A stretch of 64,000 nucleotides of DNA from an uncultured Nitrososphaeraceae archaeon (GTDB lineage Archaea > Thermoproteota > Nitrososphaeria > Nitrososphaerales > Nitrososphaeraceae), in the NCBI GenBank assembly GCA_963729045.1, contig CAVSMN010000020.1, forward strand, positions 1-64,000. Direction: 5' to 3'. A model generated the notes under the pieces. That model did not search any database. It worked only from the letters and a program-made list of their open reading frames with translations, and had not been told where the DNA came from. Position 1 is the stretch's first letter. Each line of letters starts with the position of its first letter. Both the position numbers and the translations under genes were made by a program. This document shows positions 1 to 11,466 of this stretch, piece after piece.

Positions 1-52
1 TACTAATAAATTGAAATTCCAAATACATGTAGTAATAATGCATATAACTCAA

Positions 53-867
53 TTATTTAGATGCTAATATATTTAACCTGACATAGTCAAGGTTCCATTT
101 CAATTCAGGATAGTCTTTCTCATCAAGTTTAAAATTGCTTCAACGAATTTATTTTTTACTTGTTCTGACGGAAGGTATTTGAAGTACGGACCTAATACTA
201 CGGTTTTTACATATAGTAAATAGTTACTTTTGCTATCGAAATTGACATTTGAGTTTGAGAGATAGACATGAACGTGTTTGAATCCGATATCATCTAGAAG
301 ATTTTTCATATCATGAGGTTTTGCAAAATTCCATGACTGTTTCCATTCAGAAAAATATTGTTTGAAATCTGATGAGTCCTTCACAGTATTAAAAACTGAA
401 ATCGTCTTTTTCAAATTTCCAAAGCCACCGCATTGGATAAGCAATTCGCCCTTGGGATTTAGCAAATTATAGAAATTCTTAAAAACCTTATGGTGGTCAA
501 GTATCCAATGCAATACCGCATTAGAGAATATGATATCGAATTTTATTTGCATATTTACAAAATCCACATCTGTCAGGTCCGATTGGATTATACGGACATT
601 CCCGATACTACCTAAGATCTCTGTTGCCTTTTTGATCATATTGGGGTCGTTATCAACAGCATAAATTTTGCCATCTCTAATTATTTGAGACAGCATTTTT
701 GTAATTCTTCCCGAGCCACAGCCTGCGTCGAGTACAACCTCGTTACCAGACCATTTCCTCTGTTTAATTATGAATTTAGCCCATTCTTCCTGGGCATTAG
801 AAACAATGTCATAAGTATCAGCATCCCAAAAAGCGGAGTTTTCTGTCACTGTGTTCCTCATAGTCAT
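53..867 (-). CDS. Class I SAM-dependent methyltransferase (trans-aconitate methyltransferase-like), frameshift near 3' end
   Basis: VLDAGCGSG motif I and IFSNAVLHW motif. The family-like C-terminus (…WNLDYVRLNILASK*) continues in another frame to a stop at 53. Confidence 0.85.
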
Positions 868-1206
868 TTGAGTAATTATAGGTTTTGATCTTTGAATTTT
901 ATATAATCTCGCCTATTATTAATCTTTAGAGGTGAATAAGTTCTACATTTAATAATAAACTCTGAATGTTTTGGATTGCACTAGTCTAAACCGTGTCTAC
1001 CTTATATATAGACAAATCCCATCCCCTTCGATGTTATGAATGATATGGTTAGAAATTAGTCTAACTCTAGTATAGCCACACTATGACCTCTGATAGATTT
1101 AGATTCTTGTTAAAATCCATCACCACAATGGGCTTGGGCTTGTTCCCAACTGCCGCTCTCATACGAATAATATATTTATTTTACTGACTCATCGCATTCA
1201 AAAGGT

Positions 1207-1256
1207 AAATAAAAGTAACAGTTCCCATATACCTCATGGATTCGAAGCCCACCGGG
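1207..1256 (+). repeat. att-like repeat, arm family A + tRNA-3'-like core
   Basis: aaataaaagtaacagttcccatatacctcatggattcgaagcccaccggg; matches 4223, 14085, 23856, 45497. Confidence 0.85.
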
Positions 1257-1722
1257 TGTGGGTTTTAGTAAATATACATCAAACAAGCGATTCATATTAA
1301 ATTCTAATCCTAGAAAATAAATGATTCTGCCTACTAGAGTTAGAAATCATTAATTAAATTTAATAATCCAATTCAACACTATTAATTCTAATAAATTCTG
1401 ATTTTATTTCCATAAAAATTATCCTTGTGAATTCAGGTTATAAATTTGCAATATCAAACTAATTATGCTTAACAAAAGTAAAGAGAGAAAATGTAAAAAC
1501 AATAATAGTAGAAAACAAAATATATCTGAAAGGACTTTGCCTCATAGGGGGACCGAACTATATATTCTAAGAATTTCGCAGACCAAGTTGAATCAATTCG
1601 TCTTTTAAATTATTTAAGATAATTAGAAAAAGTTAGTCAAAGGACCAACAAATTTAATCAATGGAACAGTAATAGCGCAATAAATTAGTTGTATAAAAAA
1701 GTCTTTTACTCATTAAAGCAAT

Positions 1723-2112
1723 TTAAAATTTTAATATTTCCAATTGCTTGTATATCGATGCAAAGTTAAGGTATACTCCAATTCTTTTTATTTTGTTCAC
1801 CTTATCAAATTTTATAGAAATTACCCCCATGGTTGAAAATTTTTTACCGCTGGAAGGATTTCCGTTCCACCATCCCAATTGATGACCTTCTACTTCGACC
1901 TCAGAGATAATAAGATTATTGGTGCTATCATCATATAAAATAGTAATCGGAGTTATAAACAAATCAGCAAAGCCTTGAAACAAATCCGATAAAAATTTAC
2001 TCGATTCGTCTTTCCCATGCCAAATTCTATGTCCTACTAAGTCGGCTTCAAAGTTTTCAGAAACCATTGATAAGATGCGATCTGTCTTGTGATTGTTTAA
2101 TTCCAGTATCAA
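1723..2112 (-). CDS. SnoaL/NTF2-like ester cyclase family protein
   Basis: F..L..GFADL, G.H.G.W.G.P.SGKKF and GKI-like C-terminal pattern. Confidence 0.75.
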   Translation of the reverse strand: MILELNNHKTDRILSMVSENFEADLVGHRIWHGKDESSKFLSDLFQGFADLFITPITILYDDSTNNLIISEVEVEGHQLGWWNGNPSSGKKFSTMGVISIKFDKVNKIKRIGVYLNFASIYKQLEILKF

Positions 2113-2291
2113 ATTGGAGAAAGTATTTCTCCTCTTTTTTTCATCGAAAATGTTACTTGAGTATATACCTAATTCTAAGCTATCTGTGTATTAAGTATAA
2201 TATATTAATAATCAAAATTGGCACTAGTAAAACAATCAATTAGTAGCTTTAAATTTTGGATCCTTAAATAATTTGTAGACTATTATATGCC

Positions 2292-2441
2292 ATGAATAAT
2301 TATGAGGTCGATAGTGTGAAAGATTCAGACGAGAATTCAACTAATGTCAAAGCATCGTTCCCTTGCGATAAATGTGACCAAACATTTGGTTCACGGCAAG
2401 AATTAAAAGAGCATGGTATCAGTGCCCATCAATTACTCTAA
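2292..2441 (+). CDS. Small C2H2 zinc-finger protein (49 aa, not in ORF track)
   Basis: MNNYEVDSVKDSDENSTNVKASFPCDKCDQTFGSRQELKEHGISAHQLL*; canonical F-x-CxxC-x3-F-x5-L-xx-H-x4-H. Confidence 0.8.
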   Translation: MNNYEVDSVKDSDENSTNVKASFPCDKCDQTFGSRQELKEHGISAHQLL

Positions 2442-2804
2442 TTTTCTTCACTATCATCTTTGTTTACAACATTTAATAGTTATTACACATATCTTCTTGA
2501 TGATGCAAGCACTGTCTTTTTAAATCGTATCTAAATCCACCCTATTACCATCGGTATAATCTATTGGACCTTATTCCATAACACCCACCATTGACTTTTC
2601 TATTAGATCTTAATTCTTCAGTCTAAATTAACCATCTCCTGAATCTCAAAAAATTATTATTTCATGTAATTCCTCATCGATTAATCTTTAAATCATCAAG
2701 TTTCGGTATAAATCAAATCAAAATCGTTAATTAAGATTAATTCATATCAATATGAGATTACTAAACAAAGATATTATATATGAGAAGAATTATAATTCGC
2801 ATGC

Positions 2805-3224
2805 ATGAATAAAACCAGTTTACTCGCAATTTTAGGTATTGTACTAGCATTCACAACAGCATTGATCTTTGGATCAATAGTGACACCTGCCTCAGCCCAA
2901 GGAAATACGACTGTGACAATGGACAACATGACAGCACCAATGAATAACACGGGCAGTATGAATATGACAATGGACAACATGACAGCACCAATGAATAACA
3001 CGGCAGTATGAATATGACAATGGGCAGCATGAACAGACAATGGATAAGAATGAGCAGTATGAATATGACAATGGAAAATGATACTGTTGTCCAGTAATTG
3101 CGGAATCACAAGTGGGAGAAGGCTCTGACAAGGTGGAGAAGGCTCCCAAGCTGGAGAAGGCTCCGATAGTGGAGAAGGCTCCGATAGTGGAGAAAGTTCC
3201 GATACTGGAGAAAACGAGAATTAA
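2805..3224 (+). CDS. Secreted Met/Asn/Thr-rich repeat protein with acidic GEGSDS tail (frameshifted)
   Basis: Signal peptide ending ASA-Q; tandem MDNMTAPMNNTGSMNMT units; 18-bp ggagaaggctccgatagt repeats at about 3115-3210 ending GENEN* at 3224. Confidence 0.7.
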
Positions 3225-3398
3225 ATAAATTAATTATATCTTTTTCTTTATTGTAAATTTTAAATTCCTGTTGTTTAACTAATTGGCAGTAGAATAAAAC
3301 AGACTAATCATATTATCAAATCCTGAGAGAACCTGAAAACTTTAATTGCAGGTATCATTATAGTTAATGAGTCCTTTTTTAGAAGTGAAAATGCAACG

Positions 3399-3420
3399 AA
3401 ACCCACCGGGCCCGTTTGAT
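3399..3420 (+). repeat. att-like core
   Basis: aaacccaccgggcccgtttgat. Confidence 0.75.
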
Positions 3421-3444
3421 ATCTCTTCATCTTTTAGTTCAGGT

Positions 3445-4080
3445 TCATACAGCAAATAGTGATTTGTTGTTCTTCTTATATTGCTTCACAATCAAGACAG
3501 TATAGAATAGGTCAAAGAAGAAAATGGAAACAAACAAGAACGGTAACACAAATGAACTCTGAGAAACAGGTTCAAATAGATAAAAATGTATGCTTGTTAG
3601 ACCAGTACCAAGCATCTTAAATATAGCTATAAAAATGGATTGACCTCTTAATGTGTTTCCACGTTTAAAGAACATAACTACGAATAGCACAGACATCAGT
3701 AAATTTTGTCCAAAGGCAGCATACACGCCATCAACATCACCAAGAAAGATTCCACCCGACAATATTATACTGAAAGCAGTAGCTACCGAAATTCCAAAAA
3801 CAATACACAGAGTTAGTGAGGATAAATTGGGGAATTCATTCTTATAGTATTTAAAAAACTGGAAGACAATTATTACATCTAGTACAAACCAGAGGTAATT
3901 AATATACAATTGAGGTGGAGAATGAGGTAATAAAAATGAGAATATAAATTCCCAAGAGATGTTTGCACATAATGCTAATAGTGGCATACCATAGGTTTTA
4001 TCTTTATAACCTTTTGAAATTATGAAAATATAAGTAAGGATCCAAAATATTCCGCCCAATATTAGAATAATTGATTGCAT
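3445..4080 (-). CDS. Pyr4/PaxB-like integral membrane terpene cyclase homolog
   Basis: About 7 TM helices; W..TY…KDKTYGMPLLALCANISWEFIF, WFVLD, RGQSIFIA and C-terminal FFDLFY motifs. Confidence 0.75.
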   Translation of the reverse strand: MQSIILILGGIFWILTYIFIISKGYKDKTYGMPLLALCANISWEFIFSFLLPHSPPQLYINYLWFVLDVIIVFQFFKYYKNEFPNLSSLTLCIVFGISVATAFSIILSGGIFLGDVDGVYAAFGQNLLMSVLFVVMFFKRGNTLRGQSIFIAIFKMLGTGLTSIHFYLFEPVSQSSFVLPFLFVSIFFFDLFYTVLIVKQYKKNNKSLFAV

Positions 4081-4222
4081 TTCTTTGTTTATTCTAGGTA
4101 ATAATACCCAAATTTATAAAATTTATCATCTGAATTTCGATATAATAATCATGCTCTGCAACTGAACATAATTTAGACAGGTTCAATTAACTTCATAACA
4201 GGAATCAGATTTTTGCAAAAAT

Positions 4223-4278
4223 AATAAATAAAATAACAGATCCCATATACCTCATGGATTCGAAGCCCACCGGACCCG
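4223..4278 (+). repeat. att-like repeat, arm family A + core
   Basis: aataaataaaataacagatcccatatacctcatggattcgaagcccaccggacccg. Confidence 0.85.
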
Positions 4279-4488
4279 CTGTTATTCTTCATACTTTAAT
4301 TTAACTATAGAATATTCAAATTTCTATAAATGTTATTCTTATTACCTTTAATAGCAGAATATACAAAAATTTATAAAATCTATACTACTTCATATAATTA
4401 TTTTAAAGAAATGAACAAGTTATGAGGATTTTGTAAAGCTATCACAAAGACTTAAATAAAACGATTACCATATGTTATTGTGGTTTAA

Positions 4489-4959
4489 ATGCAGTTAATA
4501 ACAATGAAACACAAAAGCAGTGAAATACAACAAACAAAGCAGTCACATATGCTAAATCTATTTAGAATACACAAGAAAACAATAACCATAGGCGTAACAA
4601 TGATATCAACTATTCTAATTATCGGGTATCTCCTGAATAATATTTCATCGCCTAATGCAACCATGGGGCCTATCCTTGGTTCATTACCAGCATATGACAA
4701 TGGTCTAGGAGCTGTGAACGGATATGCATTTACATCAACAGGATTACCAGCTCTTGGAACGATTGTGATAGCCGCAGGACAAAGTGGTTTGGCTAAAACA
4801 GTAAGTGCAGACTTAACACAAGAAGGAAAGTATGTATTTCAAGATTTGAATCCAGGAAAATATAACATAGTAGCATATTTCCCTGATGGTGAATATAGAG
4901 TATTGAATAACATACAAGTAGAACCCAATTCAGTACAGACATTAATTTTTAAATATTAA
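4489..4959 (+). CDS. Membrane-anchored protein with carboxypeptidase-regulatory-like (Cna-B) domain
   Basis: N-terminal TM; GKYVFQDLNPGKYNIVA motif. Confidence 0.7.
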   Translation: MQLITMKHKSSEIQQTKQSHMLNLFRIHKKTITIGVTMISTILIIGYLLNNISSPNATMGPILGSLPAYDNGLGAVNGYAFTSTGLPALGTIVIAAGQSGLAKTVSADLTQEGKYVFQDLNPGKYNIVAYFPDGEYRVLNNIQVEPNSVQTLIFKY

Positions 4960-5248
4960 TTTTTTTGTTTTGTATAAGACTAACTTTAAATGATAAATCG
5001 TGTTCATTCAATTCGACAAACGAGTTTTAATGAGTTATTAACATAGTATTTAGATATACCCATGAAATTGATTGATAATAAATTCCTACGGATATTTCAA
5101 AAGAAATTTAATTTTAGTCACGATTTATTTCATTCACCTAAGTGTTAAAATTTTAAAACCTTTTTCAAAGTAACAGGATGTAATACTAATCGCAATAGGG
5201 CCAAATTATTCTAATTATCTCAACCTAATATTTATTATATTACACTTG

Positions 5249-5275
5249 CCATATGCCCCATGGATTCGAAGCCAT
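5249..5275 (+). repeat. Degenerate att-like repeat, family A
   Basis: ccatatgccccatggattcgaagccat. Confidence 0.65.
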
Positions 5276-5328
5276 TGAATTCATATTATTTTATTATTCT
5301 GAAGATTAATAGCTTTTTTGAAGAATTT

Positions 5329-5393
5329 GGACTCATAATATATCTATTACTAAACCCACCGGGCCCGGTGTAATTTTACTACTTTATTAGGAC
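5329..5393 (+). repeat. att-like repeat, arm family C + core + downstream arm
   Basis: ggactcataatatatctattactaaacccaccgggcccggtgtaattttactactttattaggac; near-identical to 8142-8205. Confidence 0.85.
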
Positions 5394-5468
5394 AGTAAAC
5401 AGAAGTAAGAAAATCTCACCTGTGCTATTCGTTATTCAAGGTTTCAACCATTCTATATAAAATCACGT

Positions 5469-5747
5469 TTAATTTAGTAGATATTTTGAGTGTAATTTTG
5501 AAGTTGAAGGGGCGGCATCATCAACTGGAAATTGCGATGTTTCAGTGTCATTTCTACAATCAAAGTAATCAGGATTTAACCCATCAAGTAAAAATGTCCA
5601 GTTATCAGGGCAGGTTTCGATCGTTGCTTTAGCATCATCGGGAGTGATAGTCATACTAACCATTATTGCTAATACTATGATCGTTGTCACCGAGATGGAG
5701 ATTGCTTTACGGTGTTTGTTTTTATTTTTGAGATTTGATATTCTCAT
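5469..5747 (-). CDS. Small secreted hypothetical protein
   Basis: Basic N-terminus, hydrophobic segment, Cys pair. Confidence 0.55.
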   Translation of the reverse strand: MRISNLKNKNKHRKAISISVTTIIVLAIMVSMTITPDDAKATIETCPDNWTFLLDGLNPDYFDCRNDTETSQFPVDDAAPSTSKLHSKYLLN

Positions 5748-6671
5748 ACCGGTCTCTATTACAAATAATCATATTGAAATTGCTAACTAATTCTAATACT
5801 CTAATACTCTTGTAATTTGAGAAAATTACTAGACTTTTTGTGTATTCATTTTACAAACATTAAAGGTCCAATCACTTTATTTGAACCCTCTCTTTAAAGT
5901 AGTATAATTTGAAATGTAACCAATGAGCGTGAAAAACTGAGATCATATCTGATATAGGTGGTCAAACTACTTTCTCATGCACAATAAAGAGAACCATTTT
6001 GACAAAACAACACTACGAAAAATAATTTTCGATGATTAAGGAATCTGAATTGGAGGGTAATAGAAGCATCATCCTCAGACTTCATTATACCATTGCATCT
6101 AGATGTTCCAACGCAATCACCATCCACCATTTTGATCCTTAATGCAGGGATCGATAGCCAATAAGTCGCTTGAAACATCCTGTGTAATTACTCTCATTTG
6201 AAAGGGTTTACCTAAACGCTATAAAATATTATCATATACAAGATGGTCATTGTTACAAATTGTCGCAGGGGAATGCGTTTCACGTCCACTAATAGTTACT
6301 ATAACCGCACCGTAAGGTGAGATGCAAGAATTATCCTGGCGAGGAAGAGGATTAACCATACTTCGAGTAATCTCTAATCGTTTTCCCTTGATGATCAGTT
6401 GAGGCCTGTCCTTTTGAATCCAGTTCCATTTTTTGGCTAATAGAACTTGATACGTTTTATAAGACAGGACAGTCTTTCAGATGCTCTCCTCAAAAAGACA
6501 AACCTGAAAAGTACAAATACATACCATAATTAACGTATTTTTGAGGGGTTCTATTTCCGGTATTCATAAATGGAATAAGATGTCTTCAAAGTATAGTCTT
6601 ATCGTTAACTGAACAGAGCCAATCAGGGCCACTAACGACTTAGTACAATATGTTAATAACATTCATTCTTG

Positions 6672-7088
6672 TCAATTGAATAGTTCTAAATTTTTATCGA
6701 TATAGGGTAACAATTCATTTTCTATAATATCTTTAACGTTGGCATCAATGTCAAATGATACTAAGAGATAGAATTTAGTCTGAGCTTGAAGATTTTCCTC
6801 CATTATAACTGGAACTGTGGCGTATCAGCCCATCATATGTTCCGATAGAGTGTTTAAACTTACCCAGTTTGTTTACAAAGTCTTCTCTTGTTGCAGCTCT
6901 CGTACTGTCTGCATTGCATAATTTTCGGTCTCTTCACTTGTCATGAGTGGTATTAACTTCTCTATGTACGATGTGACCAACAAGGTACCCAAATTGTTCA
7001 CTACTCCTACAAATCTAATCGACTTGTTTAGGTTCATTATCTCATTGCATATTCGTTTGAAATGACCGGAAGTTGTGTGAGATGACAT
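6672..7088 (-). pseudogene. DUF6659 / roadblock-like thaumarchaeal protein, frameshifted
   Basis: IMNLNKSIRFVGVVNNLG…PLMTSEE; C-terminus FYLLVSFDIDANVKDIIENELLPYI lies in another frame; paralog of 21635. Confidence 0.7.
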
Positions 7089-7307
7089 ATGGAACTTAAA
7101 TAAATAAAGACAATACAACTATTTATTCAGTAGATCTCTTTCATAATTGCGACACCATTTTTTTACTTTGTGTGGCTCAGTGGTAGTTTTATCCGCATGA
7201 TTTCCACCCGTACCGATATACGTTACTAACGGATAAACTTCTAGAGTAGTATTTGCCTATTGGTTTGTCCGTTTAATATCACTATAAATTTAATTCATTA
7301 AACTAAT

Positions 7308-7344
7308 AGAACCCATCTAAAGGGATTGATATCGTCCCGAAGTC
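7308..7344 (+). repeat. Truncated att-like repeat, arm family B
   Basis: agaacccatctaaagggattgatatcgtcccgaagtc; resembles 21155 and 22271. Confidence 0.65.
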
Positions 7345-7392
7345 TGTAATAAATCTATTGTTCGATCTTCAAAATACTTCAGATCGAGTCTT

Positions 7393-7824
7393 TTATTCTG
7401 TTCTTAGGCCGTAGGAACGTGCATCATAATGATCAATATCCTTCGTACTCATAAGGAAACTAAAACCTTCTGTAGAGCCTGGTTCCATTGTAGAAAGTGG
7501 AGATGTAATGGACCTGGTTGTATCCTCTATTGTTTTGTTTAGTGGATCAAATAAGATAATATCTACTTTGACATCTTTTACGTTTTCAGTTGAATTGTTT
7601 AAAATAATCCCATCTATACCAGTCAAGCCCGTAGGGCTTTCGATAACTGTTATGTTCGATATAGATAGGTTTATTCTATCAGGTAATGGTGGGACTGATC
7701 CTACTGGCCCCTGTTGCAGCTGTGCATAAACAACGGGAAGAGATATTGCAAATAAGATTATGAATAATGCGGAAATTGTTAAATTGCTAATTTTTTGTAC
7801 GATAGTATATTTATGATAATTCAT
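7393..7824 (-). CDS. Secreted FxLYD-domain protein
   Basis: Signal peptide; G.I.NNS…V.V.IILFD…MEPGSTEGFSF pattern. Confidence 0.7.
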   Translation of the reverse strand: MNYHKYTIVQKISNLTISALFIILFAISLPVVYAQLQQGPVGSVPPLPDRINLSISNITVIESPTGLTGIDGIILNNSTENVKDVKVDIILFDPLNKTIEDTTRSITSPLSTMEPGSTEGFSFLMSTKDIDHYDARSYGLRTE

Positions 7825-8141
7825 CTTATTGATATTTATTATTTAATAGCAGGGGCAAAATAAACATTCTTGGGTTTTTTGTTATCATCTTTTAAATATC
7901 ATTATTTTTGATGATGAATGAGTATACCTAAGGGTGTTATACCTAAATTGATTTATTGCTTTTGTTTTATTAAAGGACAGATCTCTTGTTTAATTATCAA
8001 AAACAGTTTTATTGATCTTGATTCTTCTCTGACCTGCCCTTAATAATTAATCTTTTGAAATCGTAGATATGAATTACAGTAAATATGGTCTCAGATCGAT
8101 ATATAACAACGAGTTCATATCTTTTTCAAACCTGAAATTCA

Positions 8142-8205
8142 GACTCGTAATATATCTATTACTAAACCCACCAGGCCCGTTGTAAATTTACTACTTTATT
8201 AGGAC
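8142..8205 (+). repeat. att-like repeat, arm family C + core + downstream arm
   Basis: gactcgtaatatatctattactaaacccaccaggcccgttgtaaatttactactttattaggac. Confidence 0.85.
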
Positions 8206-8875
8206 TCAATAATTAAAGAGTGATAAAATATTGGTTGGAAATAAAATTACAATATAAAAAAGAACGTGCAGGAATAGAAGAGAAAAGGGAGAATGAACAG
8301 GAAAATAATGATGATACATATTTGCCGTTTTGTGAAACTAGCAAAACAAACGCAAAGAGAATTTGATTTTGTTAATAAACATATTGCGTTCCGTGATGCA
8401 ATCTTGATGTGCTGAGCCAGATCAAATTTTGCATATAAGTTAGAAGGGCAGAGCCGAAATTATTCGCCAGTGACTATCCCCTTATGTGACAGTAAAAATG
8501 TTGTCTCCAGACAACGACAGTATAAAGAATGTAGGGATTTTTAACGCAGAAAATTCGATGGCTAGAAACGATGATGGTCTAATTGTAAAACCTCTATTTT
8601 CAAGAATACCTTTTCTAATTTTTTAATGCTTTTGAAGCTTTTTGACCTATATTATTATAGACATAAACAGTATCAATGTTTCTAACAAGAAAAATGGTAT
8701 GCAATTGGGTAAATGATTCTGCAAATAACTTCATTTCTAATGTCCCATTATATTTAGGATACTAACGTTATATGAGATATATGAGATATATGAGATACTA
8801 TCTAGAGAATGTAACCATTAATATGCGGACACTTCAATATGTTTAAATTGGTTATTTTAGAGTTTGGATATCAAG

Positions 8876-9447
8876 TCATTCAGAGCCAACCATAACAACT
8901 GAAGTTTCGTTAGTTAAGGTGTCAAACGCAGGGGAAAACTTTTTTCCAATTTCATATAGTTCATTTATTTGCTCCTTTGATGCAGTATTACTATTGATTT
9001 TGAGATTTACTCTAAACTGCTGGGCCCCGGGTCTAACACTGAATCTATGCCTGTAAAACCACGCAAATTAACATCGCCTTCTACATCAACGTTAATGCTA
9101 TCAATAAGGATACCCCTTGATGTAGCATGAACTACTATAGTTTGTATTAAACATGCAGCTAAATTACCCATACGGACCTCACAAAAAGTGGGACCGCTTC
9201 CTTCACCTGAAAATTGAATGGGAAAATCGTAATCCATTTTATATTCTGCATTCCTTTCCATAGTTCTACCACCAAGGCTAAAATTTTTGGAACTGGATGT
9301 AACACCTAAACCACCATTCCAATTCGATTTTACATAAAACGTTGTTGTTGTCATTGCAGAAGGATTATTCTGAAGAGACTCATACATGGTTTTCAGCATT
9401 TGTGTATTTACCTTATTAATTCGAGTATCGTTTGAACAATCATTCAT
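8876..9447 (-). CDS. OsmC family protein (frameshift near 3' end)
   Basis: D.P..FSGEGSGPT…LAACL…RGI.ID…VEGDVNLRGFTGI; tail KFSPAFDTLTN in a shifted frame. Confidence 0.8.
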
Positions 9448-9609
9448 TTAATTACTACAAGAAATACGAGATAATATTCTTTATTGAATAAATAGAAGAA
9501 ATAACATGGGATTAACATAGTAAATGCACTAGCCATATCTCATACTTTATGAGTAGTGAACTATATGTTATCTTTGGACCTTCTGTTAATCTGTGTCTTT
9601 TCTTTTTAT

Positions 9610-10607
9610 CTAATAGTTACAAGCTATGTCTTTTTTAAAAATTTCAATCTGTTCTTCAAAATCATTTATGGGCCAAAAATGTATTCGTTTTACACCGGCT
9701 TCATAAAAAGCATTTATCTTTTGGGTGCATTCTTCGACAGAGCCAAAAAGAAGTGAATCTTCTAACTGTTCTACAGGTCTTCCTAATGCTGGAGATAGAA
9801 TATCTTTTACCACTTTTCTAACTTTGTATTTTTCATTATCAATATATCCAAACATCGACATCATGGAATTTTCAAATGAGTCAGTATCTTTACCCAATCT
9901 TTTTCTATACGATAAAAGTATATCCCATTTTTCTTTGAACTTATCTGGTGTAATATTATAGGCAGATGCCATCCAACCATCACCATATTTTGCTACTCTT
10001 TTTAGACCTTCTTCTGATGATCCCCAAGTTCCTATGAAAATAGGAGGATGAGGTCTTTGATATGGTTTAGGTGCAAAAGATACTTGTTCTAGTTGATAAT
10101 GTTTACCATTATAATCTACTTTATCTAATAAACTATTTTGTTCTGCTTGTGTATAATCCCAAAGTTTATACAAAATTTCTAATGCCTCTTTAAATCTACT
10201 CCATCTCTGTTCAAAAGGAATTCCACATACGTCATAGTCCCCTTTATGTGAACCAGGTCCGACTCCTGCTGCAAATAAGCGTCCTGATGATAGTATGTCT
10301 ATGGCTGATAAAGCATTGGCACAAATTACAGGAGTTCTTACAACTATATTCAGTATTGAAGTACCAAGTTTTATCTTGTTGGTTACTGCAGCAGCTGCAG
10401 ACAATACACTTAATGAATCTAACCAGTAGTTCTAAAAACGATGTGATCATTTACACTTAATGAATCATATCCAAGAAATTCGGCCTTTTTTATAATAGAC
10501 TACATTTGTTCTCGTTTATTAGGCGATTCGTCTATTCCTTTTTTCTCATGGTTAGTGTTATCAAACCCCATAACTGGCAAGCCAACTCCAAATAGAATCT
10601 TTTCCAT
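9610..10607 (-). CDS. LLM-class flavin-dependent oxidoreductase (5' frameshifts)
   Basis: AAVTNKIKLGTSIL, IDILSSGRL, PKPYQRPHPPIFIG; upstream GYDSLSVNDH and MEKILFGVGLP in other frames. Confidence 0.85.
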
Positions 10608-10683
10608 TTGACAGATCCCATTTGATGACTATTATTGATTTACCTAAAAAATCAATCTTATTAATAACTAAATTAGTATGTAT

Positions 10684-11310
10684 CTAAGTCAACTTTGTGT
10701 CATGGATTGACTCGTCTATAATTGTTCTAAAAGTCAAATTTATTCTTGGATGATTTATTTTGCTCGAGAGAGGTAAGGAATGTAACCAATTTGATTGTGT
10801 ATTACCTCTCATCACAAGCAAGCTTCCATTCTCTAATAGTAGTGAGATTGTTTGTCTTGTGCGCCTATGCTTAAATGAAAACTTTCTTTCCGCGCCAAAA
10901 CTTAAAGAGGCTATGACGGTATTTTTTCCCAGGGATTTTTCATCATCGCTATGCCAGGTCATTCCCTCATTACCATCATGATATAAATTAAGTAAACAGG
11001 AGTTAAACTGCGAATTTGTGATTAATTCTGTTTTTCTTTTGAGATCTATTAACTCATTGGTCCAAGGTAGTGCTTGCTTTGTAGTATTAGAATAAGTGTA
11101 AAGAAAACCTTGATCACCATACCAAGCAACTTTTCTCTTTGTAACTATGTGTCTTCCGTGATATAATGCCTCATCGTTCTTTCAATTTATATTTTTTAGT
11201 AACAAATTATAGTATGTGTTTGCTTCTGATGTTGTCATTACCTTTCCATAATAGTTTGCTTCACCATCTTTGTTTAATACATTAACAAATTTGTCATTAA
11301 AAAGATTCAT
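10684..11310 (-). pseudogene. alkB: AlkB-family 2OG-Fe(II) dioxygenase with in-frame TGA at 11182-11184
   Basis: KRKVAWYGD, FNSCLLNLYHDG, WHSDDE (HxD), WLHSLP and RINLTFR motifs. Confidence 0.85.
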
Positions 11311-11466
11311 TTAATACATTTTCCAAACTACATATATTTTATTAACATAATGTCGACAAGGTCTATAACCATTTAAAGCTTCATGTTTTGCTCCTAAAGA
11401 TATTAGAATATTAGAGTATTGCAGTTTGTTAGCAAATCCCATATATTTTATTGATACAGGAAAAAT

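Noticed and set aside
5975..6470. Long minus-strand frame with several stops
   Set aside because: Probably a decayed gene, but I cannot assign a family, so it is not called.
7171..7215. ggctcagtggtag resembling a tRNA D-arm
   Set aside because: No anticodon arm, T-loop or acceptor pairing follows.
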